Part shown: positions 41,001 to 55,400 of the stretch, piece after piece | How the letters are laid out: every line of letters starts with the position of its first letter | Position numbering within the stretch: the first letter of the stretch is position 1 | Assembly (NCBI GenBank): GCA_030141605.1 | Contig: JAQGDQ010000820.1 | Span: 27,812 to 91,811 of the forward strand | Direction of reading: 5' to 3' | Length of the DNA: 64,000 bases | Source of the DNA: Tubiluchus corallicola | Taxonomy: Eukaryota; Animalia; Priapulida | The notes under the pieces: model-generated | Databases searched by the model: none | The model's input: the letters and a program-made list of their open reading frames with translations, nothing else | Told to the model about the DNA's origin: nothing | Made by a program: the position numbers and the translations under genes

Positions 41001-43448
41001 CTGGAAGAATGCGTCTAAGTAAATATACTGACTAGTAACACGAATGGAAAGCATAATGAACAAGAAGTGTTTACGGTCGACTAAAGCCTAGTTTACACCT
41101 AAGCGTCAAGCGTCTATCCGGCATCTGCAAGCGAGAAAATCTTGGCATGGAAGAATGTGTCTAAGTAAATATACTGACTAGTAACACGAATGGAAAGCAT
41201 AATGAACAAGAAGTGTTTACAGTCGACTAAAGCCTAGTTTACACCTAAGCGTCAAGCGTCTATCCGGCGTCAGCAAGCGAGAAAATCTATATATTGACAA
41301 TCGGTGACAAAACCAAACTATTTTGACAGTGGAAGCCAGACTCAAGACACTTCTCCTATTTTTTGACAGCCTGGTGCCCTGGAAGCTAGACACTGGACGG
41401 TGCAAGCCAGCAACCAGATGCTGGATGCTGAAAGCTGGACTGTGGAGGTGGAAGCCAGATGCAGGACACGGGAAACTAGATGCTGGACACTGGAATTCAG
41501 ATGCCAAACACCGGAAGCTAGACACTGGACACTGGAATCCAGATGCCAGACACCGGAAGCTAGACACTGGACACTGGAATCCAGATGCCAGACACCGGAA
41601 GCTAGACGATGGACACTGGAATCCAGATGCCAGACACCGGAAGCTAGACCCTGGACACTGGAATCCAGATGCCAGACACCGGAAGCTAGACGATGGACAC
41701 TGGAATCCAGATGCCAGACACCGGAAGCTAGACACTGGACACTGGAATCCAGATGCCAGACACCGGAAGCTAGACGCTGGACACTGGAATCCAGATGCCA
41801 GACACCGGAAGCTAGACACTTGACACTGGAATCCAGATGCCAGACACCGGAAGCTAGACACTGGACACTGGAATCCAGATGCCAGACACCGGAAGCTAGA
41901 CACTGGACACTGGAATCCAGATGCCAGACACCGGAAGCTAGACACTGGACACTGGAATCCAGATGCCAGACACCGGAAGCTAGATGCTGGACACTGGAAT
42001 CCAGATGCCAAACACCGGAAGCTAGACACTGGACGGTGGAATCCAGATGCCAGACACCGGAAGCTAGACGCTGGACACTGGAATCCAGATGCCAGACACC
42101 GGAAGGTAGACACTGGACACTGGAATCCAGATGCCAGACACCGGAAGGTAGACGCTGGACACTGGAATCCAGATGCCAGACACCGGAAGCTAGACGCTGG
42201 ACACTGGAATCCAGATGCCAGACACCGGAAGCTAGACGCTGGACGGTGGAATCCAAATGCCAGACACCGGAAGCTAGACGATGGACACTGGAATCCAGAT
42301 GCCAGACACCGGAAGCTAGACACTGGACACTGGAATCCAGATGCCAGACACCGGAAGCTAGACACTGGACACTGGAATCCAGATGCCAGACACCGGAAGC
42401 TAGATGCTGGACACTGGAATCCAGATGCCAAACACCGGAAGCTAGACACTGGACGGTGGAATCCAGATGCCAGACACCGGAAGCTAGACACTGGACACTG
42501 GAATCCAGATGCCAGACACCGGAAGCTAGACGCTGGACACTGGAATCCAGATGCCAGACACCGGAAGCTAGACGATGGACACTGGAATCCAGATGCCAGA
42601 CACCGGAAGCTAGACGCTGGACACTGGAATCCAGATGCCAGACACTGGAAGCTAGACGATGGACACTGGAATCCAGATGCCAGACACCGGAAGCTAAACG
42701 CTGGACACTGGAATCCAGATGCCAGACACCGGAAGCTAGACGCTGGATGATGGAAGCTGAACGCTTTGGTGTATAACAAAGAATTTAAAGAAACAGAATG
42801 CTTCTTGTAATGCTTTTCTTACCAGATAGGTGTCGCTACCACCGACAATGCTGATTCCCAGTTCCTTGTCTTTCTTCAAGACTATAGTAGTTTCTACGAA
42901 ATCTTGTATAGTGGATAGCATACCTGTAAACAAATAGAAATAATTAATCATTCAAACAAGAGGACAGGTATTTGCCATCAACTGCCACTTAAAATAAAGA
43001 ACGCCTAAACAAATAAATAAATAATGATTATATAACTATATAACAATTAAATAGAAAATGAAAGAAAAGATACGCGAAAAAATAAATCAGAAATGAATGA
43101 TTAAATAAATCAATGAATGCACAGATGAATGAATGAGTAAATGAATGAGAGATCAGCTGAATGAATTAAAGAATGAATCAGTCAATTAATTAATCAACTA
43201 ATCAATAAATGAACGAATGAATAAATAAATGAACGAACAAAAGAACGAACGAATAAATGAATAAATGACTGAATGCATGAATGAATCAATCAATCAGTTA
43301 ATTAATCAATCAATCAATCAATAAACAAATGAATGAATGAATGAATGAATGAACAAATGAATGAATGAACAAATGAATGAATGAATGAACGAAGGAACGA
43401 ACGAACGAATAAATGAATGAATGAATAAATGAATCAATCAATCTATCT

Positions 43449-43497
<49 letters not shown>

Positions 43498-46400
43498 CCA
43501 ATAGACAAACGAATGAATGAATGAACAAATGAATGAATAAACGAACGAATGAATGAATCAGCAAACGAAGGAACGAATGAGTGAGTGAGTGGGTGAATGA
43601 GTGATTAATGAAAGAACGCACGAACGAGTAAACACTGAATGAACAAATAAATGGATGATTGAAACTTTTGCCTAAACGATCTTAAAATTCAAAATGGAAA
43701 TCAGTGTTTTCAGAAACCTTCCAATGACAAAAGATCGTCATCAAAACCAACTGAATGCCTAATTACGTAAATCAATCAAACTGCAATTAGGGCAACCATT
43801 TGCTCATTTTTCTAAGAACTTGGCTTCCTTGGTTTTTCTCCTTGTCCTAAATTGCTCGGCAAAATCAAGAACTGCACACAGTCCACGTGGGTCGATGCAA
43901 TAATTCGATCCTCCACGCACAAATTGTTAATTACACTTTGTGTTGACGGGGAAGGCAAACACTTAAAGCAACAGCCAACGTAACCTGTGCAGCAGCAGCA
44001 GCAGCAGCAGGAGGTCTTCAATGCAGCGGATTTGATTGTCCGGAATATGATGATGGCATAATTGCTAAGTCTAGCAGAGGCAGGAGAAATTAATACTGCA
44101 AACATTAATGAACTGATTACGCGAGCGTTATGGCTCTCTGATTACTTCAGCAAATAGAAAGCTGTTGGATTGCTAACCATTTAGAGGAGCGTGAGGAAGC
44201 CAATGTGACGGTATGGGAAGCCAGGTTGTGTTATAGAAAGGGAGCATGAGGGTTTAGTTACTGAGGGTGTTGGAGAGGAGTGTGCGGAAGCCAACGTGAC
44301 GGTATGGGAAGTCAGGTTGTGTTATAGAAAGGGAGGTTGAGGGTTTAGTTACTGAGGGTGTTGGAGAGGAGCGTGAGGAAGCCAACGTGACGGTATGGGA
44401 AGTCAGGTTGAGCTATAGAAAGGGAGGTTGAGGGTTTAGTTACTGAGGGTGTTGGAGAGGAGCGTGAGGAAGCCAACGTGACAGTATGGGAAGTCAGGTT
44501 GTGTTATAGAAAGGGAGGTTGAGGGTTTAGTTACTGAGGGTGTTGGAGAGGAGCGTGAGGAAGCCAACGTGAAGGTATGGGAAGTCAGGTTGAGTTATAC
44601 GAAGGGAGGTTGAGGGTTTAGTTACTGAGGGTGTTGGAGAGGAGTGTGCGGAAGCCAACGTGACAGTATGGGAAGTCAGGTTGTGTTATAGAAAGGGAGG
44701 TTGAGGGTTTAGTTACTGAGGGTGTTGGAGAGGAGCGTGAGGAAGCCAACGTGAAGGTATGGGAAGTCAGGTTGAGTTATACGAAGGGAGGTTGAGGGTT
44801 TAGTTACTGAGGGTGTTGGAGAGGAGTGTGCGGAAGCCAACGTGACAGTATGGGAAGTCAGGTTGTGTTATAGAAAGGGAGGTTGAGGGTTTAGTTACTG
44901 AGGGTGTTGGAGAGGAGCGTGAGGAAGCCAACGTGAAGGTATGGGAAGTCAGGTTGAGTTATAGAAAGGGAGGTTGAGGGTTTAGTTACTGAGGGTGTTG
45001 GAGAGGAGTGTGCGGAAGCCAACGTGACGGTATGGGAAGTCAGGTTGTGTTATAGAAAGGGAGGTTGAGGGTTTAGTTACTGAGGGTGTTGAAGAGGAGC
45101 GTGAGGAAGCCAACGTGAAGGTATGGGAAGTCAGGTTGAGCTATAGAAAGGGAGGTTGAGGGTTTAGTTACTGAAGGTGTTGGAGAGGAGTGTGAGGAAG
45201 CCAACGTGATGGTATGGGAAGTCAGGTTGAGTTATAGAAAGGGAGGTTGAGGGTTTAGTTACTGAGGGTGTTGGAGAGGAGCGTGAGGAAGCCAACGTGA
45301 AGGTATGGGAAGTCAGGTTGAGCTATAGAAAGGGAGGCTGAGGGTTTAGTTACTGAGGGTGTTGGAGAGGAGCGTGAGGAAGCCAACGTGAAGGTATGGG
45401 AAGTCAGGTTGTGCTATAGAAAGGGAGGTTGAGGGTTTAGTTACTGAGGGTGTTGGACACCAGGTTGAGAAGATAAGGAGCAAGTTTTGGGGTAAAGGAA
45501 GCCAGGCTGGGGGTACAGGAAGGCAGGCTGGAGGTACAGGAAGGCAGGCTGGAGGTACAGGAAGGCAGGCTGGGGGTACAGGAAGGCAGGCTGGGGGTAC
45601 AGGAAGGCAGGCTGGGGGTATAGGAAGGCAGGATGGGGTAAAGGAAGCCAGGCTGGGGTAAAAGAAGCCAGGCTGGGGGGTACAGGAAGGCAGACTGGAG
45701 GTACAGGAAGGCAGGCTGGGGGTACAGAAAGGCAGGCTGGGGGTACAGGAAGGCAGGCTGGGGGTACAGGAAGACAGACTGGAGGTACAGGAAGCCAGGC
45801 TGGGGGTACAGGAAGGCAGACTGGAGGTACAGGAAGGCAGGCTGGGGGTACAGAAAGGCAGGCTGGGGGTACAGGAAGGAAGGCTGGGGTAAAGGAAGGC
45901 AGGCTGGGGGTACAGGAAGGAAGGCTGGGGTAAAGGAAGGCAGGCTGGGGGTACAGGAAGGCAGACTGGAGGTACAGGAAGGCAGGCTGGGGGTACAGGA
46001 AGGCAGGCTGGTGGTATAGGAAGACAGGCTGGAGGTACAGGAAGGCAGACTGGAGGTACAGGAAGGCAGGCTGGGGGTACAGAAAGGCAGGCTGGTGGTA
46101 TAGGAAGGCAGGATGGGGTAAAAGAAGCCAGGCTGGGGGTACAGAAAGGCAGGCTGGTGGTATAGGAAGGCAGGATGGGGGTATAGGAAGCCAGGCTGGG
46201 GTACAGAAAGGAAGGCTGGGGTACAGAAAGGCAGGATGGGGTATAGAAAGGCAGGATGGGGTACAGAAAGGCAGGCTGGGGTACAGGAAGGCAGGCTGGG
46301 GTATAGAAAGGCAGGCTGGGGGTACAGGAAGGCAGGCTGGGGGTATAGGAAGGCAGGATGGGGTACAGGAAGGCAGGCTGGGGGTGCAGGAAGGCAGGCT

Positions 46401-49400
46401 GGGGTAAAGGAAGGCAAGCTGGGGTATAGAAAGGCAGGCTGGAGGTATAGGAAGCCAGGCTGGGGTAAAGGAAGCCAGGCTGGGGTAAAGGAAGCCAGGC
46501 TGGGGGTACAGGAAGGCAGGCTGGGGGTACAGGAAGCCAGGCTGGGGTAAAGGAAGGCAAGCTGGGGTATAGAAAGGCAGGCTGGAGGTATAGGAAGCCA
46601 GGCTGGGGTAAAGGAAGGCAGGCTGGGGTACAGGAACGCAGGCCGGGGGTACAGGAAGCCAGGCTGGGGTAAAGGAAACCAGGCTGGGGTACAGGAAGGC
46701 AGGCTGGGGTACAGGAAGGCAGGCTGGGGTAAAGGAAACCAGGCTGGGGGTACAGAAAGGCAGGCTGGGGGTACAGGAAGGCAGGCTGGGGTACAGGAAG
46801 GCAGGCTGGGGTATAGGAAGGCAGGCTGGGGTACAGAAAGGCGGGTCGGGGGTACAGGAAGGCAGGCCGGGGGTACAAGGAGGCAGGCCGGGGGTACAGG
46901 AAGGCAGGCCGGGGGTACAGGAAGGCAGGTTGGGGTATAAAAAGGCAGGCTGGGGTACAGAAAGGCGGGTCGGGGGTACAGGAAGGCAGGCCGGGGGTAC
47001 AGAAAGGCAGGCTGGGGTACAGAAAGGCGGGTCGGGGGTACAGGAAGGCAGGCCGGGGGTACAGGGAGGCAGGCCGGGGGTACAGGAAGGCAGGTTGGGG
47101 GTATAAAAAGGCAGGCTGGGGTATAGAAAGGTTGGTTGATTCAACCTGCAGGAAATAAGGTTGAGGGTATGCTATAAGAAGACAGGCTGATTCCCAGTCA
47201 TAAAAAGAAGCCAGATTAACGGTAGGCGACAAGAAACCAGGATGATTCCAGACTATAGGAAGAAAGGTTGTGGGCACGTAAGGTCACATGAAGGCAGTTG
47301 AAATGAAGCCAGGTCGAAAGTCACAACATTCAACCAGGTGAGTGCTGACTATGGACAGTCAGGCCTACCTTAGGATGCAAAAAATCAGGTGATAATCATT
47401 GGTAGAGGAGACACTCAGATGTGGGCTACAGGAAGCCAGATTTAATGGTAATGTTAAACTATTTAATGAAAATATTGTTGCCATTGTTCCCTCCTCCCCT
47501 TCCTCATTCTAATTCTCCTCCTCGTTCTCCTCCCCTTCCTCGTTCTCCTCCCCTTCATCGTTCTTCTCTTCTTCCTCATTGTCCTTCTCTTCCTCGCCCT
47601 CCTCCCCTTCCTCATTCTCCTCCCCTTTATCGTCCTCCTGTTCATCGTCCCCCTCTTCTTACTCATTATCCTCCTCTTCATCGTTCTCCTCTTCGTCCTC
47701 TTTCTCATCCCCTTCCTCGTTCTCCTCTTCATCGTCCCCCTCTTCTTCCTCGTTTTCCTACTCTTCACCGTTCTACTCTTCTTCCTCTTTCTCCTCCCTT
47801 CCTCGTTCTCCTCTTCATCGTCCTCCTCTTCTTCATCATTCTCCTCCTCTTCATCGTCCTCCTCTTCTTCCTCGTTCTCCCACTCTTCATTGTTCTCCTC
47901 TTCTTCCTCTTTCTCCCACTCTTCATCGTCCTCTTCTTCCTCGTTCTCCCACTCTTCATCGTTCTCCTCTTCGTCCTCTTTCTCATCCCCTTCCTCGTTC
48001 TCCTCTTCATCGTCCTCCTCTTCCTCTTTCTCCTCCCCTTCCTCATTCTCCTCCTCCTCCATATCATCATAATTACCATTATCAGGATCATTAGATGAAT
48101 GTTACAACTATTGTACAGTAGTGGACAGGTAGAATTCTGGTGTAGGCGACATCTGCTGTGTAATTAGTCCAGCAAGTACCTCACAATTACCTTAATGGTG
48201 ACAAGCTAACTTTCATTTGCTGAGTTGCAGAATTGCACCACTTCTCCAGGTTCTTTCTTTAATTAATTAATTAATGATTTTCTTCAATAGTGGAACATAG
48301 ATTTAAATCTGGTTGTAAAAGAAGACAGGATGATTTTTCATATACTATCCCATTTTCAAGTCCAATCAAAAGTATACATTTTAACACAATTAATACTGCA
48401 AAAGTCTTTCTGGTAATTAAGTAATAAATTAAAAACTTCTGTTAATAGTTGGCGAGCCCAACTATTGATGACATCACAAACTAACATAATTTTTAACAGC
48501 AAAAATATTCCACGAGCGTGTTGCACGTGTTTGCAAAAGCGAAAATTGAAGTGCAGTGCTACTGTAAGATATTCAGTGTGTTGAATTTAAGATAAAAATT
48601 CAAATTTCAAATTTATCGTGCTCACGGATGACCTGTCGAACGTGCGCAGTTCGTCAGAAATGAGCACATCTGCACTGTGAGGTACAGCACCTGTTTTTGT
48701 GCAATGCATTTCCGAAAAGCAAGCGCTAGTGCCCGTCTAACTAGCGAATGGTGAAATGCATGTAACAGCGAAGAACTAGTGGCGCGAATGTAAAATTGTG
48801 TTTGTGTGGTAATAATTCTTTCACGTGAGTCATTTTTGAAAAATAGTATGTTTGCTTTCAATATTTTAAAGAGCAGATTGTTTTGATCTATAGTTTAAGA
48901 TTGAGTCCGGTTTTTTAAAGACAATATTTAAGAAGAAAAAGTAAATTTATACAAATAACTGAAAGAGTAATTATGACAACCATGACTCAATGAAGCCATT
49001 GCGACTACCATGACTCAATGAAGCCATTACGACTACCACGACTCAATGAAGCCACTACGACTACCATGACTCAATGAAGCCATTACGACTACCATGACTC
49101 AATGAAGCCATTACGACTACCATGACTCAATGAAGGCATTACGACTACCTTGACTCAATGAAGCCATTACGACTACCATGACTCAATGAAGCCATTACGA
49201 CTACCATGACTCAATGAAGGCATTACGACTACCATGTCTCAATGAAGCCACTACGGCTACCGTGAATCAATGAAGCCATTACGGCTACCATGACTCAATG
49301 AAGCCATTACGACTACCATGACTCAATGAAGCCATTACGACTACCATGACTCAATGAAGTCACTACGGCTACCATGACTCAATGAAGCCATTACGACTAC

Positions 49401-52400
49401 CATGACTCAATGAAGCCATTACGACCACCATGACTCAATGAAGCCATTACGACTACCATGACTCAATGAAGCCATTACGACTACCATGAATTAATGAAGC
49501 CATTACGGCTACCATGACTCAATGAAGGCATTACGACTACCATGTCTCAATGAAGCCACTACGGCTACCGTGAATCAATGAAGCCATTACGGCTACCATG
49601 ACTCAATGAAGCCATTACGACTACCATGACTCAATGAAGCCATTACGACTACAATGACTCAATGAAGTCACTACGGCTACCATGACTCAATGAAGCCATT
49701 ACGACTACCATGACTCAATGAAGCCATTACGACCACCATGACTCAATGAAGCCATTACGACTACCATGACTCAATGAAGCCATTACGACTACCATGAATT
49801 AATGAAGCCATTACGGCTACCATGACTCAATGAAGCCATTACGACTACCATGACTCAATGAAGCCATTACGGCTACCATGACTCAATGAAGCCATTACGA
49901 CTACCATGACTCAATGAAGCCATTACGACTACCATGACTCAATGAAGCCATTACGGCTACCATGACTCAACGAACCCATTACAACTACCATGACTCAATG
50001 ACGTCACTACGGCTACCATGACTCAATGAAGTTATTACGACTACCATGACTCAATGAAGCCATTACGACTACCATGACTCAATGAAGCCATTACGACTAC
50101 CATGAATTAATGAAGCCATTACGGCTACCATGACTCAATGAAGCCATTACGACTACCATGACTCAATGAAGCCATTACGACTACCATGACTCAATGAAGC
50201 CATTACGACTACCATGACTCAATGAAGCCATTACGACTACCGTGACTCAATGAAGCGATTACGACTACCATGACTCAATGAAGCCATTACGACTACCATG
50301 ACTCAATGAAGCCATTACGACTACCATGACTCAATGAAGCCATTACGAATACCATGACTCAATGAAGCCATTACGACTATCATGACTCAATGAAGCCATT
50401 ACGACTATCATGACTCAATGAAGTCATTACGACTACCATGACTCAATGAAGCCATTACGACTACCATGACTCAAGGAAGCCATTACGACTACCATGACTC
50501 AATGAAGCCATTACGACTACCATGACTCAATGAAGCCCATAATTGCCTAGGAATGGAATTTAACTTTTACCATTGTCTGTCACGTGACCAGTCCACCAAG
50601 ACAGAAAGACAGGATTACTTCAGAATTCAGAACACGCTTGCCTGCAATTTTTCCTAATCTGACAGCGGCTTTGCTGATTTATCGTTTTTTATCTTTCGAA
50701 AACATTCGACAATTCGATAAGCGTTTCCATCAAATAAATTTGACAAACGAATGGGCCTGATTTATGGACTGGTGCAGCGATGAAACTGGACATCCAGAAG
50801 AAGCCAGTGTTGGTGAGCGGGCAATGTCGCCTCTAAGCGAGCTGGCTTCGTTATTTGTACAGCTGTAAGTGCAATCTAGTGGTACCGTAGAATCAACAAC
50901 TCTGACAGGCGTCTTTCAGCAAAAGTTCTGCTGATAAAACAGAGCAGAAAGTTTTGAAATGTCACTAAATGTATAAATTCACAAACTGAGTGCTGAAAGA
51001 TGATAGATAAATACTCCGTGTCCTTCAGAATCAGTTAAAGGAAAACTGGACGATTTTTTAGACTCAATCTCATTTTAATATACTGTTTTAATATTGTGTA
51101 ACATACACAAAGAAATTAGTTAAAAAGTAACACTACCTTACAGTTGCACAACAGTGTGGGCCCTGCGTGAGGGACAGTACTTTCTCTACCTAGCGAGCAG
51201 CTTCTTATCTCGGACATGCCGCATGCGCACAACAACCAAGTACTGCATCATTTGCACTGTGAAGTGCCAAGTTTCATACAAGCATTTTTGTAGTTTTTAC
51301 ATGAACTAGGGAATGCTTACATTAAGGTTAAAGGAAGAACGGACGATTGTTTAGATTCAATCTCATTTTAATTTACTGTCCAAAATATACGTTTTCTTGC
51401 CTATAAAAGTTAGCAATTGTTCCTTATATTTGAATAATTAGTTTAGAAAGTTGATTAGCGGGAAACCGAACACAGCTACTGCTTACGTCACAAACTAATC
51501 ACAGTTTGTGCAATGGTAGGCACCTTTCTTTGCGCGTTAAGCAAAGTGTTACTGCTTAAACGCATGATGTAACGAATATGGGCTCTACGTCATATGCGTC
51601 AGAAACTAACACAGCAGTTCATCATTATGCTTATCACGGTACCGCCTTCTATTTGTCAGCCACTCCAATGTGACAAAAAGGCGCTGCTGCCAATCTTAGC
51701 AGATTCACTAAGCCGCACGTAGCTTTGAAGTTTAACGAAATTTGAGTATCCGAGGTAATTATTATTTAACTTAAAATTTGATTTAAAAAAGCTATTGTAG
51801 TTTTCAATATTTTAGAGCATTTAAAGCTACGCACGGCTGAGCGAATCTACTAAGACTAGGACGCATTCTTGTCAGATTTGCGTATCCAACAAATAGGCGC
51901 TGTACCGTGATAAGCATGATCGTAAACTCCGGTGTTCATCTGTGATCTCACTTTGGTGACATCACATCAGCGTCTTACAGCTTCTTCGTTTACGTAAATG
52001 TGCTTGACGCACAAAGAAGATTCCCACCATTGCACAAACTGTGGTTAATTTGTGACGTAAGCGATAAGCTGTGTACGGTTGCCGTTAATTAACTTCACAA
52101 GGTAACTATTCAAATATTAGAAACAACTGCTAATTTTTATAGGCAAGAAAATGCATTTCCAAATGTAATTCAAGTACTTTGAACAGCAAGTTAAAATGAG
52201 TCTAATCAATAGGGGTGAGCATCGAACGCTCGAATTCGATTCGAACGAGTTTTTTAGCTTTTAACTATAGATTCGAATAATTCAGCACTTCAATCACACA
52301 TGTTCCTGATCACTAAAACGATTCAAACATCATGCAATTAACATAATTTAGCTGTGATTTCTGCGCACAATTTTAAAGAAATTACTAGTCGTTTTATTGC

Positions 52401-55400
52401 AAACAAAATCTAGTGATATGCATGATCTTTGTAAGACTAATTTTTACTGGTGGTTCGAAAACGTGTTCGAAAATCTTTCGATCTCAATTCGAATTCGAAA
52501 CACTGAAGTTGGGTTCCATCCGAATTCGAAAGTCACAAATTCGGTTCGATTCGAATTCGAAAGTCACAAATTCGGTTCGATTCGAATTCGAAAGTCACAA
52601 ATTCGGTTCGATTCGAATTCGCTTTCTGGTAGAGAATGCTCACCCCTAGTAATCAATGGTCCAGTTTTCGTTCACAGCTGTAGTTCATACTTCACTTTGA
52701 AAAGGCGCTTTTAACACACCTTCATAACCGTTTTAACGCTTATAGCGCTGGAAAACACGCCACTAAGTGCAGTTTATCTGAACCGTTAGTTCAACGTAAT
52801 TCCGGGCTTATAATGGCTGAGTTGCTTCAACGATTGACATAATCCAGTAATAGCTTGTGAGGGAACGCGAGACAAAAACAGACGGTGCGTCACGCGCACG
52901 CGGTCGAGGATACAGAAACACGGGAACAGTATGGTTGCAGAAGCACGATCTATTGTAGTTACAGACTGTTACGTAGTAACTGTTTTGTCCTGTCTGACCT
53001 CGCTGGCTGCCAATCTGAGAAAAACCTGCAACCGATTGCAAGTTTCCAAAACTGCAATATAGTTCAGCTGCACTGCATTGCACGACGTTGTTTTGTGCTG
53101 TGGTGCATTGAGTTGCACTACATTGCACGACGTTGTTTTTTTATGCTGTGGTGCATTGAGTTGCACTACATTGCACGACGTTGTTTTTTTATGCTGTGGT
53201 GCATTGAGTTGCACTGCATTGCACGACGTTGTTTAGGTGCTGTGGTGCACTGAGTTGCACTGCATAGTATATTTGTACAGCTGTTGAATATTTCACGTAT
53301 TTAATATTTCATTAAAAAAGTGTTTACTATTAGACTAAACGCAATGGTGATCGAAAAAAAATTTATTAGCTTATCCCTATTAAAGCAAATGGAACATTCC
53401 ATTTTCGTTTCATTTCATTTAAATTCAGAACTTTAGACTTTTAAGATTTAGGGGACAAGAAAGCAGACTCGGTGATTTCATGAAAGTCAACAATTTAAGA
53501 CGTGTGAACGACAGGGCCTATTTCAGCGTAGGCGAGGCCCGGGGGAAGTGAGGCGTTTGAGGCCCCATCGGGGGGGGGGCGCTACCATGGTTGGCGTCCA
53601 GAAAATTTTTGAACTGCTAGAACGCCGGAGAAGCATTTTCGAAGAGAAAATATGGAGTTATACAGTTGTTAAAGGAAGGAACAATTGAAAGAAAAACTGC
53701 TTTATTCTCAAGACCTCAGAAAATTCGCAATAGAAAATTACATCACCTAAGTATAATCCTAAGCGAATGAAGTACTCACGGTTTCTCATTTACTCCAATT
53801 TTTATAAAATATTTCAACCGCTGCAGTAAACGTTGGCGCAGACATGTTTCATTTAGTCCACCAATTGAAAAGCCAGCATGTGACTGATCACGTGACATGA
53901 CATCACAAGAACACGGTCGCAGTGAGTTCTGAGCACGTGTACTATAAAGATTTGTGTTGTGGTTCTGTGACGCCATCTAATATGGCGCCGCCGTGACAGT
54001 CTCGCGAGAGAATTTAAAATGAAAACAAACAGGAAATTCTTTTAACGTGAGTATGATAAACGCTTAAGATTGCCTCTAACCGTTATAATTTTTTAACGAA
54101 AATTTTCTGAGACTTGCTTTAACTAGGCCTTTTCTTGTCCTTTAAGTTAAACAGATGAAATCAATGGATGAAATCATGATCTGTATTTTACTCAAAATCA
54201 TAGTCTCATAGTCAATCTGCATACACACAAAATGGCGAACATGATCATCAGTAGTCAGAAAAAGTCAAAGTCAATCCATCAGCTAATATATCATGGCATC
54301 TGAGTCAAAATGTTGTTGAAGACCAGTGCTGCTCTTCTAATCTAGCTACCAAGTGTAAAGAGTTACTAAATTCACGGAGAAGCCAAGTAACCCAGTTACA
54401 CACAAACATACAGCAGTAGCAAGTACAAAGATATATTGAAAACTACAAAGTGTACTGACAGATGTCAGCACTGACTTAATGGCAATGAAAAGTTAAAGTT
54501 TAATAAGAATACAAATCCAAATTACTAATCAACTGTAAAGTAAATGCTCGCATCTGCGACAGGGGGCGCGACTCACCTTCGTGACCCCTAGCGGAGTCCG
54601 AGTTACTATCGCTTTCTTCGTCTGACATGTTTCGCAGCGTCATGAGCGGAATCTGAAAGAAGATAAAAACAATGATAAAAACACAATGGCAAAAGAGACA
54701 ATGACAAAAACACAATGGCAATAAAAACAATGACAGAAGACAATGGCAGGAAAATAATAAGCGTTTTCGTAGTTCCAGCGATTGATGACGATCGTAAAAA
54801 GGTCAAAGGTCAAAGTTTACCAAACAACGCATTTGAGTACACTTGACAACACCTCGCAGCCCATGCTGTTGCCATAGCAACAGTTTTAACAGCTAGCTAG
54901 AACCTTGCCTAGTTCATTTTTTCTTGTTCCCCAGCAAGAATGGCACCCTCAGTAAAATAGGTGGTTAAGGTTACAGTGGGGCATGATTATTCTAGTTACT
55001 TGTAAGTCTGCTAAGGAAGTTACGCTTCAGCACAGTTTGTTTGTTTGTCTGTTTGTTTTTTGTTTATTATGGCAGTAAGCAAATTACGCAAAAAGTATCC
55101 ATCAGATTTTCAACAAACTTTGTGAAGTAAGGCGGAAGGTGGGTATAGGGTGCCAAAATGGGAATCTTTTCGCTGTGGAATTTTTTCCTGCGCCATTTTT
55201 ACCTGTGACATTTTTACCTGTGCCATTTTTACCCGTGCTATTTTTACCTGTGCCATTTTTATCTGTGCAATTTTCTCCTGTGCCATTTTACCTGTGCCAT
55301 TTTTACCTGTGCAATTTTACTGTGAATGAAAGTATTGTGAATGAAGGGCTGGATATCTTGGAACACAATTTGTCACTCAGCAAGCTGTGATCCAGCATTC

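Noticed and set aside
41217-42779. Long ORFs (520 and 458 aa) on both strands
   Set aside because: They result from a 39-bp (multiple of 3) stop-poor tandem repeat inside an intron, and several frames are open at once.
45346-48098. Pro-rich and Glu/Arg-rich ORFs up to 643 aa
   Set aside because: Low-complexity minisatellite translations with no splice or phase support in the PDZ gene model.
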